Assembly (NCBI GenBank): GCA_965203905.1 | Contig: CBDBDQ010000005.1 | Span: 7,040,001 to 7,104,000 of the forward strand | DNA from: Spirochaetia bacterium | GTDB lineage: Bacteria > Spirochaetota > Spirochaetia > SZUA-6 > Bin103 | Length of the DNA: 64,000 nt | Direction of reading: 5' to 3' | The notes under the pieces: model-generated | The model's input: the letters and a program-made list of their open reading frames with translations, nothing else | Told to the model about the DNA's origin: nothing | Database searches by the model: none | In this document: positions 48,660 through 57,589 of the stretch, one piece after another | Position numbering within the stretch: position 1 is the stretch's first letter | How the letters are laid out: the number at the start of each line of letters is the position of its first letter | Position numbers and translations under genes: made by a program

Positions 48660-49455
48660 GGCGCCAGTTCAGATTAGCAGAATGTGGGGATCGGGTATGC
48701 TGGCTCTCATGGTGAACGGCTACGAGGTTCTGGCCCAGCTCGCCGGTCTGAAGCAGCACCCTGAAGCCGTGGGATTCGACCTCGGCGCGTAGCCGGGCCG
48801 CGGTGCGATAGCGGCGGAACGGGTAGTACCATGACCCGTTGATGCAGATCGAGCCGTCGACCTGCTCCTTGCCGTCGTAAGGCTCGTAGTAGACGTCGGT
48901 GTCCGGGTCGAACAGGCTCGCCTTGTCGTAGCGGTCGAACACCCGGCTCGAGCGTCGATCGACCACCTGCCGGTCGCTGCGGTGCCGGGCGGCGGCGTAC
49001 ATGGCGCTGCTCACCAGGTAGTAGCCGCGCGGATCGAGCCGTGCCTTGACGGCACGGAACACCGCCTCCCGGTCCGCGTCGAGCACGATCCCCTGCAGGC
49101 AGTAGCTGTCTACGATCAGGTCGTAGGCCGGCCCGTGACGCGGAATCCGGGTAACGTCCATCACCTCGAAGCGCACCGCCTGGCCGCGCTCCGAGGCGAT
49201 GCACCGTGCCTCCGCTATGGCTTCCGGTATCACGTCGATGGCGTGGACATCGAATCCGCGTTCGGCCAGGTAGATCGCGCCAGGCCCGGTCCCGGTGCCC
49301 AGTTCCAGGACCCGCGGGCGGTCCCGCTGCAGGCGGAGCCGCGGAATCGCCTCTTCGAGAAACCCACGCGACGAGAAGTCTGCGTACTTGGCAGGAGCTC
49401 CCGTGCCCGCGACGCTTCGATAGCGCTCGATGTTCTCGCGCAGGTAGTTTCTCAT
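48652..49455 (-). CDS. Class I SAM-dependent methyltransferase
   Basis: VLELGTGTG; AIDV; YDLIVDSYCL; L.P.GY. Confidence 0.88.
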   Translation of the reverse strand: MRNYLRENIERYRSVAGTGAPAKYADFSSRGFLEEAIPRLRLQRDRPRVLELGTGTGPGAIYLAERGFDVHAIDVIPEAIAEARCIASERGQAVRFEVMDVTRIPRHGPAYDLIVDSYCLQGIVLDADREAVFRAVKARLDPRGYYLVSSAMYAAARHRSDRQVVDRRSSRVFDRYDKASLFDPDTDVYYEPYDGKEQVDGSICINGSWYYPFRRYRTAARLRAEVESHGFRVLLQTGELGQNLVAVHHESQHTRSPHSANLNWRHD

Positions 49456-49524
49456 CCTCGCAGGCTCCGCGCCGACCCTACCGGCGGCACCTCGGCTGCG
49501 CAACTCACGCGGACAAGTCGCCGA

Positions 49525-49552
49525 TTGACACTATTGGAAAAAAAATTATCTT
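49525..49552 (+). promoter_or_regulatory. Sigma70 promoter with an A8 tract in its spacer (probably leaderless)
   Basis: TTGACA-16 bp-TATCTT, 6 nt before GTG 49559. Confidence 0.68.
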
Positions 49553-49558
49553 AATCTC

Positions 49559-51127
49559 GTGACCGCCCCCTGGTCCTTCTACGGACGCCGCGAGGAACTC
49601 GGCAGTCTCCTGGAAATCATGCGCCGGCCGCGCTGGTTCTTCGGGGCGATCCGTGGACGCCGCCGGATCGGCAAGACCGCGCTCATCCAACAGGCACTGA
49701 AGACCATCTCCGAAGATGGCCCGGCCGGCCAACCCGTCCTGCTGGTGCGCATCCCGGACAGCAGTCCCGCCGACTTTGCCTCGGTATTCCGGAGCGCGCT
49801 GGGGGAAGCAGGGCTGGCGCCGGACACCGGGACGGGAGAGCTGATCCGTGACTTGCCGCAAATAGCCACTACGGTGGGTTCGCTGTGCTCCCGTGGCGCG
49901 ATCGTGATCCTCGACGAGTTCCAGGTCTGCCATCGTGGCCCGCTGAGCGGTCTCCCCTCTCTGCTGCAGGCGCAGGTGGATCGGCTTCAGGACCGCGACG
50001 CAGCGGGCGGCCTGATCGTCCTCGGTTCCGTGCAGGCGGAGATGGAGGCGCTGCTGCACGACCGACGGGCACCGCTGTTCGGACGCGCGACGTTCGAGCT
50101 GACTCTCGGACCGTGGGATCTGGCCACCATCTTCGAGGTGTGCCGCGCACATGGCGCCGCCGACCCCGCCCGTTCCCTGACGCTGTACACCCTGTTCGGC
50201 GGCGTGCCCAAGTATTGGCGACACTACGCCGAAACCGACGGCCTGGATGCCATCGGGGAATGGGAACCGTGGGCGCAGCAGGTGTGCGAACGGCTGTTTC
50301 TGCGCAACGACTCGCCCTTGCGGGAGGAGGGAGACGGGTTGCTCGCTCGTGAACTGCGGCGCAACTACCTCGCCATTCTGAGGACGCTGGCCGAACGTCC
50401 AAGCTGTACCCACGCCGAGCTGAAGGATGCGTTGCCGGAACTCTCGCTGGGACCGTACCTGCACGCCGTGACCAGCGACCTGCGGCTGGTCGAGAGGAGA
50501 CTTCCGATCTTCGCGGGTGAGCGACAGCGCCGCGCGCGCTATACGATTTCCGACCCGTTCCTCTGCGCCTGGCTGCGCGTGATGCAACCCGCGAGTCAGG
50601 CCGCGCGCGTGTTGCCGTCGCAGCAGGTGGCGCTCCGGTTGCTGTCCCGGCTGCGCACGCTGGAGGGACATGCGTTCGAACGCATGGTGCGGGACGCCAC
50701 CGAGACGGCATCGCGCGCGGGCGCCGCGGACTTCCCGATCACCGATCGTGTTGCCGGCTACTGGAGCCGGTCCCGGCCGCAGCCCGGATCCGTGGAGATC
50801 GACCTCATTGCGTGGAACGAAGAAGACAGATGCGTGCGCTTCGGCTCGTGCAAGCGCAATCCCGAGCGCCACGATGCCGCGTCGCTGCGCGGATTTCGCG
50901 ACCATGTCAATCGTTTCCTCGCAACCGCTGTCGGCAAGCGCTTCACCGGTTGGCGCCACCAGTTCGCTCTGCTTTCGCCACGGTTCTCCGAGCAGCAGCG
51001 AGCCCGGCTGGAGGCGGAGGACTGGATCTGCCGCGACCTCGTCGACTTCCAACGCATGCTGCGCAGCGTTCAAAACGGTGCGGCCGGTGTGTTGCCCCCA
51101 TCCCCGAAGCTGAACGGTATGGAGTGA
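49559..51127 (+). CDS. Archaeal-type ATPase (ATPase_2) with DUF234 / PD-(D/E)xK-like C-terminus
   Basis: FYGRREEL; GRRRIGKT; ILDEFQ; FGGVPKY; Y.ISDPFL..W; G..FE; EIDLIA...FGSCK. Confidence 0.85.
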   Translation: MTAPWSFYGRREELGSLLEIMRRPRWFFGAIRGRRRIGKTALIQQALKTISEDGPAGQPVLLVRIPDSSPADFASVFRSALGEAGLAPDTGTGELIRDLPQIATTVGSLCSRGAIVILDEFQVCHRGPLSGLPSLLQAQVDRLQDRDAAGGLIVLGSVQAEMEALLHDRRAPLFGRATFELTLGPWDLATIFEVCRAHGAADPARSLTLYTLFGGVPKYWRHYAETDGLDAIGEWEPWAQQVCERLFLRNDSPLREEGDGLLARELRRNYLAILRTLAERPSCTHAELKDALPELSLGPYLHAVTSDLRLVERRLPIFAGERQRRARYTISDPFLCAWLRVMQPASQAARVLPSQQVALRLLSRLRTLEGHAFERMVRDATETASRAGAADFPITDRVAGYWSRSRPQPGSVEIDLIAWNEEDRCVRFGSCKRNPERHDAASLRGFRDHVNRFLATAVGKRFTGWRHQFALLSPRFSEQQRARLEAEDWICRDLVDFQRMLRSVQNGAAGVLPPSPKLNGME

Positions 51128-51888
51128 TGGAAACCGAGAGTCCTTCTCCTTTTATCATCGAAAACGGCAACTGGGGTGCGACCAGCCTGCGGGCGATTCG
51201 CGGCGTGCTCAACTCGGCGTCCGACGTTCTGCTGGCGGCCTTTGGAAAAAGGCCGGACGCGGCCATTCACGTGGCGCCCTGGCGCCGGGCCCCGCAAGTG
51301 TCGTACGACCTGCGCCCCTACCGGATGTGGCTCAGCGCGCGCGACACCTACTGGTGCCAGTACGTGTACCAGTTCGCGCACGAGCTGTGCCACGTCATGA
51401 CCCACTTCGACCGCTACCGGGACCACAGGCACCGCTGGTTCGCCGAGGCGCTGTGCGAACTGGCCTCTCTCTTCGTTCTCCAGCGCCTCGCGACGGTGTG
51501 GGCGGAGCATCCTCCGGACGGCGTTGCGGAAGCGGCAGCGTACGCACCCCACTTCGCCACCTACGCGGTGCAGGTCGCGGACCGGTACTCTTGCCCCAGC
51601 GATCTACCGCAATGGCTGGCGGACCACCTCCCGGAGATGGAAGCGGATCCCTACGTGCGGGCTCTCAACGGCGTGGTGGCCGTCAGCCTGCTGCAACGGT
51701 TCCTTGCCGCCCCCTCTCTGTGGCGCGACTGCAGCCGGCTGAACTGCTGGGATCCGTCCGCGAACCGGACCTTCGAGGATTACCTCGATGCCTGGGCTCA
51801 CGATCTCCGTCGCGCGGGCTCGACACCGCGCGTGCCGCTGCTGATCCAGGAATCGTTTTACCGTCCTACGGGCCAGCTCCCGATCTGA
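51127..51888 (+). CDS. Hypothetical zincin-like (HExxH) protein
   Basis: YQFAHELCH...WFAEALCE; TGATG coupling to the ATPase. Confidence 0.7.
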   Translation: METESPSPFIIENGNWGATSLRAIRGVLNSASDVLLAAFGKRPDAAIHVAPWRRAPQVSYDLRPYRMWLSARDTYWCQYVYQFAHELCHVMTHFDRYRDHRHRWFAEALCELASLFVLQRLATVWAEHPPDGVAEAAAYAPHFATYAVQVADRYSCPSDLPQWLADHLPEMEADPYVRALNGVVAVSLLQRFLAAPSLWRDCSRLNCWDPSANRTFEDYLDAWAHDLRRAGSTPRVPLLIQESFYRPTGQLPI

Positions 51889-53836
51889 CGCGGCGCCAGA
51901 GATTCTCGATCGGGACCGGCTCGATGGCGTCGGCGAGGTCGAAGCCGAGGATGCGGGAGTAGAAGTAGAGCTCGGCTTCGAGGGCGCGCCTGGCGTTCTC
52001 GGCCTTGCGGAAGCCGTGCTGCTCGCCGGGGAACGGCACGTAGGCGACCGGCAGCCCCTTGCGGCGCAGCGCCTCGACCATCAGCTCGGCCTGGTTCGGC
52101 GGCACGATTCGGTCCTCCAGCCCCTGCAACAGGATGATCGGACAGGAGAGCCGCTCGGTGTGGTGGAGCGGCGAGCGCTCCAGGTAGCGGTCGCGGCGTT
52201 CCGGATAGGGGCCGACCAGCGAGTCCAGGTAACGCGACTCGAACTTGTGGGTCTCCTTGGCGAGGGCTTCGAGGTCGCTCACCCCGAAGTGGCTGGCGCC
52301 GGCGCGGAACACGTCGCGGAAGGTGAGCGCGGCCAGCGTGGTGTAGCCGCCGGCGCTGCCGCCGGTCACCAGCAACCGGTCGCCGTCCACCTCGCCGGTG
52401 CGCACCAGGTGCAGCGCGGCGTTGATGCAGTCGTCCACGTCCACGATTCCCCAGCGGCCGTTGAGCCGGCGCCGGTAGGCGGTGCCGTAGCCGGTGCTGC
52501 CGCCGTAGTTCACGTCCACCACCGCGATGCCGCGGCTGGTCCAGAACTGGTTGCCCAGGCTCAGCGCCGCGGAGGTGGAGCCGGTAGGCCCGCCGTGGCT
52601 CTTGACCAGCAGCGGCGGGCGCTCCCCCGGCGCAGCTTCGTAGTCGCGGTTGCAGGGCGGGTAGTAGAAGGCGTGCGCGGTCTCCCCGCCCGTGGTCTCG
52701 AACGCGATCGGCCGCGGCACCGAGAGGTAACCGGCGTCCACCGTGAGCTCCCGCGACTGCCGCAACCGGGTGACCTCGCCGCTGGCCGGATCCAGCGACA
52801 GGAGACATGCGGGAAGGTCGTGCGCGGCGGCCACCATCACCACCCGGCCGGGGGCAGCCCTGATGTCGCCGCGATCCGCCTCCGTGTAGTCGGTATCGAT
52901 CGGCCTCAACCGCTTGCTCCGGGTGTCCAGCGCCGCCAGCCGCGAGCGGCCCTCCTCCAGGTAGCGGCAGAAGAGCCGGTCGGCCGACTCGAAGGCGTAG
53001 GTCCGCGTCCCCAGGGTCCATGCCGGCACCGCGAACTCGGCCTGCATCGGCGCCAGCGCCTCATGCGGTCCGTCACGCCAGCGGTACAGGTTCCACCAGC
53101 CGCTGCGGTCGGAGACGAAGTACAGCGCCCCGTCCGGCGACCACTCCGGCTGGAACACCGACTCGCCGCGGTCGCCGGCTACCTTGTTCGCCGCGCCCAC
53201 GGCGCCATCCTCATCCAGGTCCGCCACCCACAGCTCGGTCTCGTCCCAGGGCATGTGCGGGTGGTCCCACGCCAGCCAGGCCAGCCGGGTGCCGTCCGGG
53301 CTGACCGACGGATAGCCGTAGAAGTCGCTGCCGGACACCAGCAGCTCGCCGGCGCCTCCGGCCGCCAGGTCCAGCGCTACCACGGCGTTGACCGCCTCGC
53401 GCCCGGGCTCGCGATGGTCCTCGCGCACGCACACCAGGCGGCCCCGGCGGAGGTCCACCATGCCGTCGCCAAAGCGCAGGTCCACCCCCTCCGGAGTGAT
53501 CGCCACCGGCGCCGCGCCCGGCTCCTGCCGGTACACCCGCTGGTCGGCGAAGTTGGCGAACCACACCACGCCGTCCACCACCCAGAAGCAGAGCCCGCCG
53601 TACTCGTGCACCCGGGTACGCACGTTGAACGGCGGCGGGGTCACGTCGCCCGTCGCGCCGTCGGGCGTGCGGCGCACCACCACGTTGCGGCCGCCGTCGG
53701 AGGCCCGCGTCTCCACCCAGTACACGTCGTCGCCGTCGAGCTGGATCGCCCCCAGCCGCACCGCGTCCTGCACGATCAGGTCGCTGGTGATGGGCGATCT
53801 CCACGAGCCACACGGTGCGATGGTCGGCATCTTCAT
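51866..53836 (-). CDS. S9 family peptidase (acylaminoacyl/dipeptidyl aminopeptidase-like)
   Basis: GSWRSPI; HGGPT; NYGGSTGYG; GGSAGG nucleophile; QGLED..VPP; EQHGF. Confidence 0.93.
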   Translation of the reverse strand: MKMPTIAPCGSWRSPITSDLIVQDAVRLGAIQLDGDDVYWVETRASDGGRNVVVRRTPDGATGDVTPPPFNVRTRVHEYGGLCFWVVDGVVWFANFADQRVYRQEPGAAPVAITPEGVDLRFGDGMVDLRRGRLVCVREDHREPGREAVNAVVALDLAAGGAGELLVSGSDFYGYPSVSPDGTRLAWLAWDHPHMPWDETELWVADLDEDGAVGAANKVAGDRGESVFQPEWSPDGALYFVSDRSGWWNLYRWRDGPHEALAPMQAEFAVPAWTLGTRTYAFESADRLFCRYLEEGRSRLAALDTRSKRLRPIDTDYTEADRGDIRAAPGRVVMVAAAHDLPACLLSLDPASGEVTRLRQSRELTVDAGYLSVPRPIAFETTGGETAHAFYYPPCNRDYEAAPGERPPLLVKSHGGPTGSTSAALSLGNQFWTSRGIAVVDVNYGGSTGYGTAYRRRLNGRWGIVDVDDCINAALHLVRTGEVDGDRLLVTGGSAGGYTTLAALTFRDVFRAGASHFGVSDLEALAKETHKFESRYLDSLVGPYPERRDRYLERSPLHHTERLSCPIILLQGLEDRIVPPNQAELMVEALRRKGLPVAYVPFPGEQHGFRKAENARRALEAELYFYSRILGFDLADAIEPVPIENLWRRVRSGAGP

Positions 53837-54975
53837 GCTCCCGTTACCTGCCGCAGCAGGTCGAAGAACGCGCGCTTGCGCGGCGTGTTGATGCTCCAGT
53901 CTATCGGCACGCTCTGGAAGCCGTCGCCGTAGTTGCCGGGGGCCAGCCCGCCGCCAGCACCGGGTCCCGGATCGAAGTACCCCCACCCCGCCCGCCGCGA
54001 CAGCGCCGCGGTGAAGTTGTTCTGTGCCCGGTCGAAGTCGAAGTGGTCGTCCTCGGTGAACATGATCGGCTGCCCGGCATAGGCCGGCAGGGCGCGGGTG
54101 TCGTCCACCATGGCCGCAATGCGCCGCGGCTCGGTCACGCCGTTGCCGTGCAGCAGGATGAAGTCGGAGGTGGCGCACACCGCGTCGCCCGGGATCCGGC
54201 CGCCGCCGTAGCTGGTGCCCACCAGCAGCCTGTCACCGTTCCGCGTCACCCGCTGCGCGCGTGCGATCAACTCGTGCACGCGGCGCGGCTGCAGGATCTC
54301 GTGTTCGTAGCGCGGCACGTCGCACTCGTTGTTGACCTCGATCACCACGTTGCGCCAGCCCCGCTGCAGCACCCAGCCGCAGGTCTCCTCCAGCGCGCGG
54401 CACACCGCGGCCTCGTCGCGCAGCCGCTCGTCCTGGCCGAAGTAGAAGATGCCCAGCACCACCACCATGCCGAGCTCGTCGGTACGCTGCAGGATCCGGT
54501 CCAGTCGCGCGAGATGGCCGCCGGGCTCCTCCAGCAAAGCGCCGTCGGCCGCGAACGGCGAATTGTGCCACGGCTGGGAGTCGGGCCCCGGCAGGCCGCG
54601 CCACAGCTCGGCGTCGGTGTACGCCACCTGCCGCTCGGCGAGCAGTTGCCGAAACGGCTCGGCGCGGTAGTAGCCGAACGGCGCTCCACCCTGCAGGTTC
54701 ACGGTGACCGCGGTCAGGCCGTGCTCACGGTAGAGCGGCAGGCAGCGTACGAACTCGTCGCTGTTGCGCTCCGCGTCCCAGCGGGCAGTATCGGGGTACT
54801 GCCACAGGAAGCGGGTCGCGGGATTGGCGTCATCGAAGACCGCGTTGGCCATGCGACTGTTCAGCAACAGGCCCTCGATCTGCCAGCCCCGGTACTCCCG
54901 CCCGCGATAAGTCGGTTTGCCGTTGATACGCCACGCGTCGCCGTCGATCGTGACGTGGGTCCTTCTACGCGTCAT
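53833..54975 (-). CDS. Hypothetical TIM-barrel glycoside-hydrolase-like protein
   Basis: W.INGKPTY; EGLLLNSRM; clan GH-A-like EVNNEC and MFTED; HGNG. Confidence 0.55.
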   Translation of the reverse strand: MTRRRTHVTIDGDAWRINGKPTYRGREYRGWQIEGLLLNSRMANAVFDDANPATRFLWQYPDTARWDAERNSDEFVRCLPLYREHGLTAVTVNLQGGAPFGYYRAEPFRQLLAERQVAYTDAELWRGLPGPDSQPWHNSPFAADGALLEEPGGHLARLDRILQRTDELGMVVVLGIFYFGQDERLRDEAAVCRALEETCGWVLQRGWRNVVIEVNNECDVPRYEHEILQPRRVHELIARAQRVTRNGDRLLVGTSYGGGRIPGDAVCATSDFILLHGNGVTEPRRIAAMVDDTRALPAYAGQPIMFTEDDHFDFDRAQNNFTAALSRRAGWGYFDPGPGAGGGLAPGNYGDGFQSVPIDWSINTPRKRAFFDLLRQVTGA

Positions 54976-55423
54976 TCAGCCGCTCGCCCGCGATGCGGGT
55001 TTCCGCCACGTCACGTGCCATTTGCCGGAGGTGGTCGTGCGCTCCGTCAGCCGGCGGGTACAGCACGATCCCGGTCCTGAGCGCGAGGGCGGCGATGGGG
55101 ATGTTCCCCGCGGCCACCTCCCGCTCGGTGTAGACGAAGAGATCGACACCCACTCCGAGGTCCAGGAAGTAATCGCGAAACAGGGCAGCGCGATCCAGGA
55201 ACGGTGTGTGGCAGGCATGCACCACCACCAGGAGATCCACATCGCTCGAGGGAACGGCGCGGTCGCTGGCCAACGAGCCGAACAGGACGACGCGTACTAC
55301 CTCTTCATGCCGGCGGCCCAGGTTCCTCGCCGCTTGGGTGATCCGGCTCATCAGCAGGTTTCGGTCGAGCCAGAACACCTTCACAGAACCGTAGGATCGC
55401 TTCTGAATGACCGATCGCGACAT
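54965..55423 (-). CDS. Minimal nucleotidyltransferase (MNT) antitoxin; exact start uncertain
   Basis: VVLFGSLA......SDVDLLVV; VDLFVYT..E. Confidence 0.85.
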   Translation of the reverse strand: MSRSVIQKRSYGSVKVFWLDRNLLMSRITQAARNLGRRHEEVVRVVLFGSLASDRAVPSSDVDLLVVVHACHTPFLDRAALFRDYFLDLGVGVDLFVYTEREVAAGNIPIAALALRTGIVLYPPADGAHDHLRQMARDVAETRIAGERLNDA

Positions 55424-55498
55424 TGGCATCCTCATCGCGCGCGCACTTTCCAGGTCGCGCCGCGCCTGCCTGAGCCAGTCGCCGCTACGCTCGGCCAT
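55305..55498 (-). pseudogene. HEPN toxin with central deletion
   Basis: N-terminal MAERSGDWLRQARRDLESARA; after ~55436 another frame reads DEDANVAIGHSEAILRFCEGVLAR (HEPN last helix); the middle is absent. Confidence 0.75.
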
Positions 55499-55548
55499 AG
55501 CCTATCATACGTCCCTCGCGCGGCACCGCTCAACGGCGTTCACTCCGT

Positions 55549-56451
55549 TCACTCCCCCTTTGCGCCGGGCACGTCCCTGCGCTGGAAGATCCAGAACGCT
55601 GCGCCAAGCAAGACCGCCGTGTATGCCAGCATGACGACGAACGCCCGCGCGTGGTCCGCCGGGAACGCCGCGCTCATCCATTCGGAAACGTTCGAGCCCA
55701 GGAGAGTTACGTCCAGGACGTTCCCCAACCATCCGGCTATCCCGGCGAGCGCGGGAGCGATCAACAGCTCGAAGAGGAAGTAGCCCATCGACAGCGCCAC
55801 GCCCTGTGCGTTGGACCGGGTCGCCACCGTCAGGAACACCGCCAACGCGACGTACGGCGCCAGGGCGTACGCCGCCTTGCCCAGCGCTGTTGCCACGGCC
55901 TTCCACGCCGCCGCGTTGCCAGCCACGAGCGGTCCCTCCCCGGCGGGCGGCAAGATTCCCGCGACGAGGCTGGCAATTCCGACGAGCGCGGCAATGGCGA
56001 TGATCCCGGCGCTACCCGCAACCATGAGCATGGCGTACTTCGCGCTGAGCAGCTGCCAGCGTCCGGCCCCTCGGGTCAACGTCGCCCTCAGCGTGCCCAG
56101 ACCGTACTCCACGCCGATGACCGTAGCCGCAAGGATCATGATGGGTATGACGAAGATCATGGGGAGTTGCCCGGTCGTGCGATTGAGGCTGAACGGCAGG
56201 GTGAACCCGCCCGTTCCTGCGCCGCCTGCGTCCAGACCGACGCTTACCGAGAGACCTTCGCCGCTCTCAAGAGCGGCGGCGCCGGTCTCCGCTGCCGCTA
56301 CGGAATCGGCGCCAAGGTGGTAGCTGACATAGCCCATCCAGAAGGCGCCCTGCGTGATGGCGGCGACGATGCCCAGCAGTATCCAGGGAATCCGCCGTCG
56401 GCGCAGCTTGTACCACTCTCCTCTCGTCAGTGTCAGAACGTGGGTCATCAT
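55549..56451 (-). CDS. ABC-2 type transporter permease
   Basis: EWYKL; EYGLGTLR..LT....R...L.AK; FQRRDV. Confidence 0.88.
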   Translation of the reverse strand: MMTHVLTLTRGEWYKLRRRRIPWILLGIVAAITQGAFWMGYVSYHLGADSVAAAETGAAALESGEGLSVSVGLDAGGAGTGGFTLPFSLNRTTGQLPMIFVIPIMILAATVIGVEYGLGTLRATLTRGAGRWQLLSAKYAMLMVAGSAGIIAIAALVGIASLVAGILPPAGEGPLVAGNAAAWKAVATALGKAAYALAPYVALAVFLTVATRSNAQGVALSMGYFLFELLIAPALAGIAGWLGNVLDVTLLGSNVSEWMSAAFPADHARAFVVMLAYTAVLLGAAFWIFQRRDVPGAKGE

Positions 56452-57374
56452 GGTGTCGTCTCCTTCAAGTCGCTGCCGGTTACTTCCAGGAAGTACTGTT
56501 CGAGGGACCTCCCGAAGGGCGCCATCTCGGTGACGTAGACCTCGGAGCGGCTCATGGCCGCCACCAACTCCCCCGACCTCTCGATAGGCGCCGCCACGGA
56601 AAGTGCGCCATCCTCCGTCGTTCCCACCTCCCCGACCCAGTCCAGCGCCGACAGAATCGCGCGCGCCTTACGGTCGTCGGTGGTCTTCACGCGGACCAGT
56701 TCGTCCCGGTCCGCACGGACCAGTTCGGCGACCTCGCCCTGCACTACCAGCTTTCCCTTCGAGATGATGGTGACGCGGTCGCAGACCTGTTCGATCTCGT
56801 GCAGCAGGTGGCTCGACACCAGCACGGTCCTGCTGCCGTCGCCGAGGCTCCGTATCAGTTCGCGCACCTGGATCACGCCCTCGGGGTCCAGGCCGTTGGT
56901 GGGCTCGTCCAGGCACACCAGCTCCGGGTCGCCCAGCAGGGCGTAGCCTATCCCCAGCCGCTGCTTCATCCCGAGCGAGTAGGTGTGGAAGCGGTCGTCG
57001 CCCCGGCCCGCCAGTCCCACCTGTTCGAGCAGGTCGCCGACCTCGGCCGTCGAACCGCGGCCGGAGATGAGACGGAAGTACTCGAGATTCTCCCGCCCCG
57101 ACAGGTTCGGATAGAAGGCCGGGCTCTCGATGACGGCCCCGATGCGGCGCAGCGCCTCCCGGTGTGGCCCGGTCGAGCCAAACAGTCGAAAGCTGCCCGA
57201 CGTCGGCCTCAGCACGCCGAGCAGCATCCCCATCGTCGTAGTCTTGCCGGACCCGTTGGGTCCCAGCAATCCGTAGATATGGCCGCGCCGCACCTCCATC
57301 GAGAGGTCGTCCACCGCCGTGATCTCTCCGAAACGCTTGGTCAGACCGTCGGTCTGAATTACCGGTTCATCCAT
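56448..57374 (-). CDS. ABC-2 type ATP-binding protein (BcrA-like)
   Basis: GPNGSGKTT; YSLGMKQRL; LDEPTNGLDP; SSHLL.E. Confidence 0.93.
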   Translation of the reverse strand: MDEPVIQTDGLTKRFGEITAVDDLSMEVRRGHIYGLLGPNGSGKTTTMGMLLGVLRPTSGSFRLFGSTGPHREALRRIGAVIESPAFYPNLSGRENLEYFRLISGRGSTAEVGDLLEQVGLAGRGDDRFHTYSLGMKQRLGIGYALLGDPELVCLDEPTNGLDPEGVIQVRELIRSLGDGSRTVLVSSHLLHEIEQVCDRVTIISKGKLVVQGEVAELVRADRDELVRVKTTDDRKARAILSALDWVGEVGTTEDGALSVAAPIERSGELVAAMSRSEVYVTEMAPFGRSLEQYFLEVTGSDLKETTP

Positions 57375-57401
57375 TCGAACCTCCACGGTGATTGATTGTT
57401 C

Positions 57402-57431
57402 CAGTGTACTACTTATCTAATACACTGTCAA
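57402..57431 (-). promoter_or_regulatory. Sigma70 promoter overlapped by a GntR/YtrA-like operator
   Basis: TTGACA-17 bp-TACACT on the minus strand; palindrome CAGTGTA-N12-TACACTG. Confidence 0.75.
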
Positions 57432-57589
57432 CCGCTCTCGCCTGGCCCGCTCCGACCCGCCCTCCGCTCGGCTCACCTACTCGCCCGCGATCCGCCGAGG
57501 CGCCAGGCACCGGGGTATCGCGAGCGAGCTCCGGCCCGGGACCAGCGGCCTCGGTTGCGGGCCGCGCGGCTGGCCGCTACCGTGAGCCC

